Source of the DNA: Octopus sinensis
Lineage: Eukaryota
DNA: 64,000 nucleotides
Assembly (NCBI RefSeq): GCF_006345805.1
Contig: NC_043000.1
Coordinates: 85,498,001-85,562,000, forward strand
Direction: 5' to 3'
This document shows positions 52,901 through 64,000 of this stretch, piece after piece. Position 1 is the first letter of the stretch; each line of letters begins with the position of its first letter. The notes beneath the pieces were generated by a model, which had not been told where the DNA came from, made no database searches, and saw only the letters and a list, made by a program, of their open reading frames with translations. A program made the position numbers and the translations under genes.

Positions 52901-53995
52901 ACTGAAATTGTTTTTAATGCATTGTGTGTATTCATCTCAACTTTTGGCAATTATGTATGATTGATTATATGACAACCGAGAAATGGCCCTGGTTGACTTC
53001 AGTGTTGAACAGACTTTCTAAGATATATTGGCAGTTCTTAACATCTTCATCATCAACATTTTCCCAACACTCTAATGATTCTACCACTAATTCAATACCA
53101 GTGACTCCTAATTTTGGAAAATATTTCATGTCTAATAGCTTAAAATTAAAAAGTTTTTTTTTTTGTTTTTTTCTCCAAATGAATTGAAATGTTTAGCCTT
53201 ACTGTATTCTACTGAATGCTCACATCACTAAAAACATTCATGTTGCTAATACAAAAAAATACCATGAAATCAGAAGTAACAATACATCACAGATACAGAT
53301 GGTTTTTTACTTAAAATCTTCCTTGTATTTCAAAGCACAACAGAAAAAGCTGAAACACTGAAGTTAAATACACCAAACTTGAAAATGGTTGATAAACACA
53401 CACACAGTTTAGTTATCAGTTACCAATTAGTAAACCAACTTGTTCTTCAGTAGATCCATCTCTTTTTATGTAATTCTGATTCAGCAAACTTTGCACTGGC
53501 TGATCTGGACTAGGTTGAGAAAGAACAAATTACCAAATTCAGCTACCAGCAAAATATACGCCAACGACTATGCAGAAAAATCTTTTCCGACATAGATTAG
53601 TGGTAGTGTTAATTTTCCATAACTGATATTGAATCAATTTTCAGTAACTTCCATGAAAAAGTCAGGGAAATTGAATAATATCAGGGAGGTTAATACCCAA
53701 GGCCTTTAAAGGAGTGTAGCATTGATTACTTTCATGAATTCACAACTCATCAATCTAAATGATTTTGAAAATATCACATTTATATATGTATAATCATAAT
53801 AATTTAACAATATATATTATTGTTTTATATATATATATATATCACACATAAAATCTATAAAATAAGTTTATATGAAGTGAGGTGCATTCTAACAGGATAT
53901 TCCAAGTAGTATCATTCTTTTCAAAATTTACCAATCATGCAATAGAAATTGTTTTTATTTTACCAATTTTATAGTGTTTTTATTGCCAATACACG

Positions 53996-54054
<59 letters not shown>

Positions 54055-54716
54055 TTTCTTGATGATCTGTTCTTGTTAATCATCCAAATGCACTTGGAAC
54101 ATCCAATACAGAGTTCCAAGCAACCATAATGGTTAAGAAATAATATAAACTTGTTTTTATCATAATTTCTTCAATAAACACACATGTGATGTGTGTATAT
54201 GTGTATATATAAGTATGTATATGTGTATATATGTATGTATATGTATGTGTGTGTACATATATATATACACACACATACTCACACTTTCAAATAAATAAAG
54301 TACAAAGTATTAGTAGAAATGTAGCTTTCAAATAGTAATAATCATGCCTCTGGTACTGCCTCTGCAGAAAGCAATGTAAGTATATAAATGCTAGGCATAG
54401 AAGCATGTCTAAATAAGCATAGACACACAGGCAAATTTTTTACTTCAGGTTGATTAAACCAAATAACATAAACTGACAAATGATACACCTACAGTTTGAA
54501 CCTTCATCTCATAGATATGTCCAGATTCATGAAACCAAACATCTTATCTATGAAACTATTTCTTTTCACATTTAATAAAATTCTAAGAAATTATTCAAAT
54601 AAAAGAAAATAATTCAAAATTACTGGAATAAAGTATTTTCAATAAATGATAATGAAACAAAGAGGAGTAAGAAAAAGAAAAAAAAAAACTCGAAAGAAAA
54701 GTCAAAGTTAACTCAC

Positions 54717-54795
54717 CAGTTTAGTTAGAATTCTTGTTGGAATTGATATTGCTGGTAAGTTAGCTTGACCACAGACTGGTATTAATGGAGAATCA
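54717..54795 (-). CDS. ATG16L1: ATG16L1 coding exon, linker before WD40 domain
   Basis: CAG acceptor; 1 nt + DSPLIPVCGQANLPAISIPTRILTKL; CTG|GTGAGT donor. Phases fit both neighbouring exons, but sequence conservation is weak. Confidence 0.75.
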
Positions 54796-56710
54796 CTGGT
54801 TAAAAAACAAAAAATGTAAACATTAAAAAAATTTACTTATCATTATACATTTAGTTGTAATGAAAGAAATATTATGTGATTCTAAATAAACAAATTACTG
54901 AAGTGATTGCTTTTTAATTAGTAATGGAAAAAACTCCATTAGGAGCTATCACGGATAGAGAATAATGTGCACATAAACAGTCAAGATGATATATATAAGC
55001 TGTTTTGAGTACAGATGTATTATCATCCGTCAACCACTTTTCCATGCTTGCATAGTTTGGACAGAGTTCATTTGAGGCAGATTTTCTGTGGCTGGATGCT
55101 CTTCTTGTCTTCAACCCTCATCTATTTCCAAACAAAATATTTCCCTATGGCCAGACGTTCTCACAGAATATTGGAAATAAAGGACACTGCTTATATGATA
55201 GTAACATTCACAAACTTCAAGCAATGTCAAGACAAGGAGACACACCCACACATATATATATACACAACAGGCTTTTAGTTTCTGTATACTAAATCCACTT
55301 ACAGGGTTTTAGTCTGCTCAGTGCTATAGTAGAAGACACTTGCCCAAGGTGCCACACAGAGGGACTGAATCCTGAATCATGTGGTTGGGAAACAACTCTC
55401 TTACCACATAGCCATATTTATACCTTATATGCCCTTCAACATAATCCAAGCCAATATGTGGTCACTTGAGCTGCTAGAAATAGTAATTATCTTTTTCAAA
55501 CTACATTCTACTATTTTAAAGAAAAGAAAAGTTTGAGGAGACCTGAAAAAGAAAGGAATAGTTGTGGCTGGAATGCCTTTGATCATATGTCAACTAGATC
55601 ACCACTGGCTTGGGACAAAACATAATTGAATTATTACAAACATAACTAATAATAGTTTTCAATACACAATGAATTAGTTACTATAGTTTAACAATTAAGG
55701 AACTATCACAATTGCATATTGTTAATTCTATTTTGTATCGCTTTTCAAGGTTTCAATATAACCAATATTAAACTTATAAAGGAATTGATATTCTGTACAG
55801 AATTTTTGTTTACTATTGAAAAATTTACAAAATCATTAGTAAAACCATTATCTTGCAAGACAAACTTGTTGAATGATTGCTTTAAAGTCACTGATAACAC
55901 TAACTTTTGGCTTAGACATGCTACCTCCTCTCACTGCCTTTTCTACCATTACTATAAATGCCTCTGCTCTTTAGAGTTGGTTGGGTTTATGTCACCTCTA
56001 TTAGGGCATTCCCAACTCATTAATCTCTCCTCTCCCTTGTGTTCAAATCTCACTCACCTCCAATCATTAATCACTATGCCCAGTCCTTTCTTCCTACAAC
56101 ACTGATCTTCTGGAACTCCCTCCCTGCTCATGTCTGTTACATGTCTTAATGACATTAATCTCCTTGGTCTCAGAAGGCCTGTGATGACCCTGAATACTGC
56201 CCCTTATTCCAGACACAATGAAAATTAATCTCCTTTACATTACACTTTCAGTTCATATGTTTTCACATGTGTTGATTTACAGAGATTCAAGAGGAACATT
56301 AATGGCATCAATCTCACTGGTCATGGAGGGTCTCTGAAGGCCCTGAACACTGTCCCATCAGCCAGAATCAACAAAAATAGAAATATTTCTTTCTCCTTGC
56401 ACTCTGAGGTTTTAAAAATATGAAAGCACACATTTGATAACTTAGTACTAGATACACTATATCTGAGTAAAAGATTAGATAATCTTGAATAGAGTACTGT
56501 TATTTAAAGATCTGCTCAAAAAAGGGTTAACAATAACAATTGTTAGTTATCACTGATTGCTGAAAGTAGGAACTTTTAGCAAGACAGATTACAGTTAGTT
56601 AAACTATAAAATGCCTTCCACAACATATGCAAAGTTACAGCTCATTTTAGTTAGTTTTGCAAGTCTATACTGAAGAGCAAGTATACAAATTCTTAATAAA
56701 ATAAGTTTAC

Positions 56711-56782
56711 TTTTCTGGGATTATTTGCACAGGTTCTTTGGCTGCCTCAGCGAGATCTTCTTTAATTTTGGCCTGTCTCTTC
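56711..56782 (-). CDS. ATG16L1: ATG16L1 coding exon, end of coiled coil (most 5' exon found in window)
   Basis: TAG acceptor; KRQAKIKEDLAEAAKEPVQIIPE resembles human RRQARLQKELAEAAKEP. GT donor, phase 2. Confidence 0.9.
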
Positions 56783-57884
56783 CTACATGAAACAAGCAAA
56801 AATAAATATCACGAAACAATCCATATATTTTCATCAATACATTTGAATACTTGTTTTTAAATAATCATTAATGTTTCAAAAGCATTTATTATTTAATAAA
56901 ATTATTATATCAGTTCCAATTATTCAATGTATGTAATAAATCATTTTACTTACATCGCTGTTTAATGCTAATATGGTCCCAACACAACCTCTATGAAACA
57001 ATATAAACTTAAAATACGTGATTATGCTTTGTTTGTTGACACTGTACTCTTAGTAACAACATATGCTAATACACTCCAGGTCTTTAACTGTAGTTAAGGA
57101 TATGAAAGAAAAGACTGAAGATATGTAAAGGGGAATTGTCACCATCTCAATCAAACAGGAAACAAAATCTTAGCATACACCAATTGTCATTACTTAAAAA
57201 GAGAGAGATTTAAAGGTGGTGGTAGTTTTGGTGAGGAGTGAGAATAGAAGGAGAGACAGACAGATAGAGAAATAACGAAACTGAGTAAAAAATGTAAAGT
57301 AAAGAAACTGCAAGAATTGTAAGACAGAAATTAACATAGGAAGTGATAAACAGGAGACAGAGGATAGATAAAGTCTAGAAGAGTTTGAGAAAATATACAG
57401 TAAAGAAAGGATTTAAAGCATGAAGTGAATTGGAAAAAAATGATAGAAAGAAAATAACATTGATGGATGGAAGTGGGAGTATAGGAGATAACAAAAGAAT
57501 ACAAGGTGGGGAGAGAATAATAAATTTGAAAAGAAACAATTAGAGTAGAAATAAAATAGAATAGATCAACTACAGTACAATCTGATACATTTTTTATTGA
57601 CTTATTTATCATATGGTTATCTTTTGACATAAAAAGACAATTTACATCACTATACACAGAGACACACGACAGGCTTCCATAGAGTTTCTGCCAACCAAAT
57701 TCCATTTACAAGGCATTGGTTAATCCTAAGTTATAGCCCAAGGTGCCATGCAGTGAGATTGAACCTAGAACTACCTGTAGCCATTATACATACACAGTCT
57801 CTCTCTCTCTCCCATATTTAGAGAGATGTGTATTTATGTTTTGTTTTTGCCAAGGAACAACACTTTATATATTTATGGTATGCT

Positions 57885-58722
57885 CAAGGGCTGATTAATA
57901 AGTATCCAGACTGCTGCCATAGTAATGAAACTAAAGCACGCAGTGAAGTCGCTTGGCACACATTGACCTTGAACTTTGCTGTGCATGCATACTAAGTTTT
58001 AACATTCTAACTCATTTCCGCTGTTTACAGCACTGCTTGGAAGGATGTGATCATCACATTAACTACAACAGAGCAACACTAGTTTAGATGCTTACACAAA
58101 GTTGCAGAAAGTGTATGGAGAGGAGCATATGAACTGCACACAAGAGTACAAGTGGTTCAGACGTTTCTGAAAAAATGCCAATATTGACAAATGTTTTGGG
58201 AGACCTGCAACCAGCAGAACTGAGAAAAACATTGCAGATGTGCATGCAGCTGTGAGAGGAAACCATCGAATCACTATCCATGAGTTATTAGAGGATGTGC
58301 AGATTAGGTATGGTTCAGTTCAGTCCATTATCACTGAAGATTTGGGTATGAGACATGTATCTGCCAAAACTACTTTCAGTTGACCAAAATCATGCTCGGG
58401 TTTCAGTTGCATAAGATCTCCTTGATTGTATTGAGAACAATGAAATCTTTTTAAAAACTTTGCATAGGCCTCTGAGCAGGTATTGTCGAGTTTTTGATGT
58501 AGATTCTCTGCTCAACTTTCTCTGTCATGGTCAATGCAACAATCACACACTACACACGTTACTTTGAAGCACTGCTGTAAACAGCGGAAGTGAGCTAGAA
58601 TGTTAAAGCTTAGTGCACATGTACAGCAGAGTACAAGGTCAGTCTGTGCTGAGCAGCTTTACTTGGCATGAATTGGCTTCATTACTATGGCAACAGTCTG
58701 AATACTTATTCATTAGCCTTCA
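57885..58722 (+). mobile_element. Internally deleted mariner with long (~170 bp) terminal inverted repeats
   Basis: HTH remnant KLQKVYGEE..YKWFRRF..GRPATSRTEKNI..RITIHEL..GSVQSIITEDLGMRHVSAK. 57885-58050 is an inverted copy of ~58555-58722; TA follows the right end. Confidence 0.85.
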
Positions 58723-58759
58723 TATAGTTAGTTCATCTAGCATTGCCAATGATGACCAA

Positions 58760-59720
58760 GGACATTACATGGGAGAAGGGGCACAGTGTGTTCAACTGCA
58801 GCCAATCAGTCTGATGTGTGCTCAGAAGGCTCTGCAGCAGGTCAGGCACTGGTGGTTTGTTGGGAGTGTGGGCACGAGTTGGCTCTGGACTTGCATAGTT
58901 CATGTTTTCTTTGTGCTCCTGCAATCCTGTTCTGTTCATAGGAGGTGGTACCTCTGTTGGTGCAGTTTTGCCAGGCAGGGTAGTCTTGTGTTTGCATTTA
59001 CTAGGTGTTGGAGTTGAACTCAAACCTCTTCAGCAAGGCTTTGAATGTGTCCTTGAAGTGCTTTTTCTGACCATCTTGCATGTGCTTGTCTTTCACCAGT
59101 TCATTATAAAACAGTCTCTTGAGGAATCACGTGTCAGGCATTCAAACAAGGTGGCTTACCCACCTGACCTGTGCTCTCCTCAGAAATGTGTAAATGCTTG
59201 GCCTATCATCACGTGAGAGGACCTCTGTGTCTTGCCAGGTGATTTTCCAGGCAGTTCATGTGGAAGTGGTTTAACTTTTTGACATGGTGTTCATAAACAG
59301 TCCAAGTCTCGCAGGCATACAGTAGCATAGACAGTACAATTACTTAGTAGAGCTTCAACTTGGTGACCAGCCTAATGCCTCTTTTCACCCACACTGATAC
59401 ATGTAGCCACCTAAATGCTGAACTTTCCTTGGAGGTGTGTGTGTTGATTTCATCATCAATGCTCAGACCTGGAGAGTGCACTGCCAAGGTATGTGAACTT
59501 AACAACCTTACAGGTCTCCTCGTTGACAGTGATAGTTGGTTGCACATACAGCTTCTGCAGGGCAAGTTGGTACATGACCTCTGTCTTCCGAGTACTGATT
59601 GCGAGGGCAAAGTTGTAGATAGTGGAAAAGCAGTTCATGCTCTGCAGCATCTGGACCTCTGAGATGATGTTGAATGTGCAGTTATCTGTGAACAGAAAGT
59701 TGCACATGGTCTACACACAT
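58760..59720 (-). mobile_element. RTE/BovB-like LINE 3' part, different family
   Basis: Decayed LFADD region (FLFTDNC), ISTRKTEVMYQ, KFTYLGS, RGIRLVTKLKLY, LLYACETWTVY. Confidence 0.8.
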
Positions 59721-60271
59721 GCCTTCAGTTTATGTTCACATATATGAATAGCAGGTTGGTCTATTAACTAATTAATTCTCAAAATTCTGAAAATGTAATT
59801 ATTAATATTTTACAAGTTACAAAGCAGTGAGCTGGCAAAACCATTAGTATGCTGGACAAAATGTTTAGCAGCAATTCATCTGTCCTTATGATCTGAGCAC
59901 AAATTCCGTCAAGGTCGACTTTGTCTTTTATCCTGCTGGTGTTGATAAAATAAGTACCAGTTGAGCACTGAAGTTGACATAATCGACTTAGCCCTTCAAA
60001 ATTGCTGGCCTTGTGCCGAAATGTGAAACAAGTATTTTATATGTTACACATGTTGTTGTATTCAACTGACAAAATCTTACTTGCTGTATGTGTAATGACT
60101 AAAATATTGAATATTTCCTGTTAAAGCTTTTTGTCATTCTTTGGTAAGAATTGGTGTATTGGGATTTATCAAATATTCAGTGTCTAGGTTGAATCTTTCT
60201 CTCAGTTCAATACGTTCTTGAATTTTTTTCTCTTTACAAAAGACAAAAGATTTAAATAAAAGATTTTTTAA

Positions 60272-63200
60272 GAGTCTCTTCGTGGGTCAGATTATTGATT
60301 TTTTGTAGAACTTTAAAATACTGAATTGTCGTAAACTGAATAATAAACAGGGCAATTTGATTGGTTAAAATTAATATATCAAAAAAAAACCACACAGGTA
60401 GTCCAGATTTCGATTTTGCTTCACCCAATCAGCAGTTATGTCAGAATTATCATGTACTTGCGAAAAAGGTAGATGTATTAGTTGTCAAGAATGTTACAGA
60501 TGTGGATGTACATGTCGCAGAGATAATAAATGAAATGAAAATGTAAACACACATGCCACAACAAGAATACGACTTATGGGAGGTGTCAGCACACATAAAA
60601 CATATGAATACAAGAAAACATAGTGTGTATACGGAACAAGAGGATTCTGAACCAGACGTTAGCGATCCATCACAAATTGTTTCCACATTGTATGAAGCAT
60701 TTGGTTTAAAATCAGTATCGTCATTACCAGGAAAAGCTAAACATGAAGGTACCCAAATGGAAGACTTTGATGAAGCAGTTAAAAAGCGACTAGTGAAACT
60801 AACCAGTACCATAACAAAAAAAGTATGCTCTATCATTAGTCCGTATGATGCCAAAGGCTTTATGAAAGAGGTTGTTAAAAATGAAGGAGAAGGTGTCACC
60901 GATGAAGGCAAATTAGTGAAAATATCATTAAAGTACGAGATACATTGCCGAGAAATGTTGTACAAGCTGATGTTGTTACAGCTCCATTAGCGATATCCTT
61001 AATTTCAAGTGTTTCGAAAGATCATTTTGGTATTGGTATGAAGGAAGTTGCTTCATTAAGACATAAGTATAAACATATGGCAAGTGGAAAGCAGCTTACA
61101 CTTTCCAATAGATCTGATCATGATCAAATGGAAGCTGCAGTGAAGTTTGTTTTGTCGCATACTGATGTAGGCTGAATCTCATGGGGTACCAAAACATTTA
61201 TGATTAATAGCGAAGAAATACATCTCCCCAAGCTGATTAGGAAAAAGAATATAACTATAATGCTACGAGATTACAAAGAAACCATACCTCAAAATAAACA
61301 ATTAAGCTCTACATCATTCCTGATTAAAAAGCGGTTGATTATGTGTCAGGTGTATTGATGTATGATAATTTTGCATGTTTGAAGACTGTTGTTGCTACCA
61401 GTGCTGAATCAGAATCTTTGAATGCTATTGTTAATGGTTTAAAAGCTTACATTAAGACAACCTATGAGAGACACATTTCTACATGTAGTATCACAGAGAA
61501 AGAGTTTTCTTTATCCATCTCTGGAGTGAAAATGAAACAATGTGGTGTTTGTTGCTGTCCCAAGCATTTAATACGTTAAATAGCATGTGAACCCAGAACA
61601 TAAAATTCTATAGAATGATGCTATGGAAAAATTATATCTTTTATTTGGTCATCGTGTGAGAGTACTTAATCAACGCAACAGGACTGATGAAATGATCTTC
61701 AATTTACATTTAGAAAATGCTAGGGTTGCTATGGATTTCAAAATGAAATTCAAAGTTATATACTATAGGGAAAAAAACTACAGATTTTGACGGTAAGAAA
61801 GAGTCAATGTGGCATGGAACCATAATGTATACAAGATACACTGATGAAGAACAGCGTAATACTGAAAATTTAAAGGATGATTGTATCACTTTGATCACAT
61901 TTCTACTGGGGATTCTAAGCAAGACTATGTGGCTGTTATGTCCTATTTTGATGCAGTATGTAGACAAATATTAACCAAATTTCCACACATTTGAAATCTT
62001 TATGTACAATCTGACAACGCAAGATGTTATAAGAAGGGAAACTTATTGTTTACAGTATATAAAATTGCAGATAGATACAAACTTAAACTTTGTACACACT
62101 GGTGTACAAAATGGTAAAGGCCATATCGACACTCATTTTGCTACAGCTATGAGGCATGTGTATATACATTTTAATATGGATCCAGATGTTATAACTCCTG
62201 TTGAATTAGTTGATGTTTTAAGTGCTAATGGCAGTGTAAGTAGTACAGTGACAGAATTAGTTGGTATTAATAGGCCTGCTGTTGAACAGTTTGAACAGGA
62301 AAACTTGGAGATAATTGGGAAATTACAAAACACGGGATCATATGGAAGTACAGTTTGATTCCACAAGAAATTCCGCTTCAGTTTATGGAAACTCGAACTT
62401 ACCATTGACAGCAACACACAACCTTATCAATTGCACTACAAACAACATAAATGAAGGAAATTGTGAAAGCAAATCCGATGAAGAAGATTGTGCTTCCAAT
62501 GAAAATGAAATATTTGATACAGACACTGTTGAAGATATTGGTGTTGTAGAGAAAGGTAGAGGCAGCTTAACAAAATGTATTGTTTATGGTGTTGAGGGGA
62601 ATATCCCAGAGGAGCATCGTACTGGACTTACTGTAGCATCAAATATTAATGATTTGGATATGGAATCAGATGATGAAAATCCCCTACAATGTAATTTATG
62701 TCACAGGGAATTTGCAACTGCCTACAAAATGGAAATCCATAATTGCAACAAGATTTAATCAGTCAAGCTATTGTTTATGCTAAAGATATATATGAATAGC
62801 ATCAATTTCAGGTGATTAATACTAGTTCAAATGTTGACGAACTTAAGATGTTTGATCCCATTCATGAAGCGACCCAGCATAATAATGAGTGTTGTGGATT
62901 TGAGACAGGGTGGGCAAGAACAAGAAAGCACGGTAATAAGTATGGTCGAAAGTATGTGGATCCATTTAAACAAGAAATTATTGATATGTGTAATTTAGGT
63001 AATGGAAACGAAGCTATGAAATGAGGTCCAGGTAAAATGGTAGTGGAACTTAAACGTAAACATCCTGGGTGTTTGGGTTTACCATTGGAAACAGAAATTC
63101 GAACTGTTATTTCATCCTTGATGGTAAAGAAAAGAAAGGGACAATCAACATTATATAATGCTAGCCGTGGAATACATGAGCCATTCAAGTCAACAATCCT

Positions 63201-63562
63201 GGAAATATTTTGGGAAGAACCTAATGTTACACCACACAGGGCATGGGAATTGTTCCAACAAAGACATCCTCCAGACGATGATATATCCATGTATCCAAAT
63301 GAGGCAAAGATAAAGAGCAAAATATCTTCTTTAAAGGTTAAGTATAGGAAAACAGATGAAATACCTTAGAGATTTAAAGAAAACATTGTAACTTTTCGAA
63401 AAATTGACATTTTAAAGAAAATAAAGTATTTTCGAGAATTTTATAAATATGCAACACAAAATAGATAATACTGCAGCTATAGCACAATTTTCCTGAGTTT
63501 TAGTAGTTTAGGGCTCTACAAAATTGGGTCAAACTTCCATAATCTGAGTCATGTAACGATTC
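60272..63562 (+). mobile_element. Decayed DDD-type DNA transposon, probably Sola3-like
   Basis: TTAA on both sides (60268-60271 and 63563-63566), GAG/GAA termini, degenerate TIRs, and transposase motifs DFKMK..YRE..DFDGKK..WHG, KQD, SDNARCY and GKGHID. Confidence 0.7.
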
Positions 63563-63769
63563 TTAAAAATTAATAATTTTGGTAGCACCAATATTTTAGT
63601 TACTTGAGGTCTTTCACTTCAGCTATGACTACAGATTGGTCTCCTGATTAACTTTTGAAGTACCTTTTAGTGTTTTGTTTGTTTGTTTGTTTTTTTGTTT
63701 ATTTATGCTGACTCTTACATTATGTATAATAGATTTCTTCCACTTCTATTGGTGTTCATGATGAGATTT

Positions 63770-63995
63770 CAGAATCAAATTTCAAGAGCTAACATGTGCA
63801 GAAACACCTCCATGAAGACAAACAGGGGAACTAGAAAGAGTAAGACGACTTGGTTTAATTCACCATTTAACTTAGATGTTGCTACTAACATAGATGGGAA
63901 CTTTCTCATAAGACATTTCCCACCAACACATGAATACAATAAGCTTTTCAACACCCTTAATGTTATGGATAGATATTTTTTGCCTTGGTAATAAT
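63770..63995 (+). mobile_element. Penelope-like element fragment
   Basis: RKSKTTWFNSPFNLDVATNIDGNFLIRHFP..YNKLFN resembles the PLE motif WFNPPFS..V.TNIG..FL...HFP. Confidence 0.7.
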
Positions 63996-64000
63996 GCATC

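Noticed and set aside
56783-64000. Search for upstream ATG16L1 exons (ATG5-binding helix, coiled coil)
   Set aside because: No matching minus-strand exon was found; the interval is mostly transposon remnants, so these exons probably lie beyond the window.

Overview
AT-rich, repeat-dense animal genomic DNA. The SINE, RTE-tail and MITE families suggest an octopus or other coleoid cephalopod; this is inferred from repeat recognition, not from a search. Two spliced genes converge tail-to-tail. The last three coding exons of PRPF18 lie on + (1-7276). Eleven phase-compatible coding exons of ATG16L1 lie on - (56782 down to 9266); I found no 5' exons in the rest of the window. The ATG16L1 introns hold a young CsRN1-type Ty3/Gypsy LTR retrotransposon (18931-24242, apparently identical 417-bp LTRs, 4-bp TSD) and remnants of RTE, RLE-type and Penelope-like retroelements, Tc1/mariner, hAT, Helentron-like and piggyBac-like MITEs and many SINEs. 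A TTAA-flanked Sola3-like transposon fossil lies at 60272-63562. Most notable: five hammerhead-ribozyme-like motifs from three families at 32.9-36.2 kb (including a 229-bp tandem dimer), a candidate -1 frameshift cassette at the gag-pol junction, a candidate poison 3' splice site in PRPF18, and a palindromic NRF1/ETS promoter module in the LTR. All alignments were done by eye.
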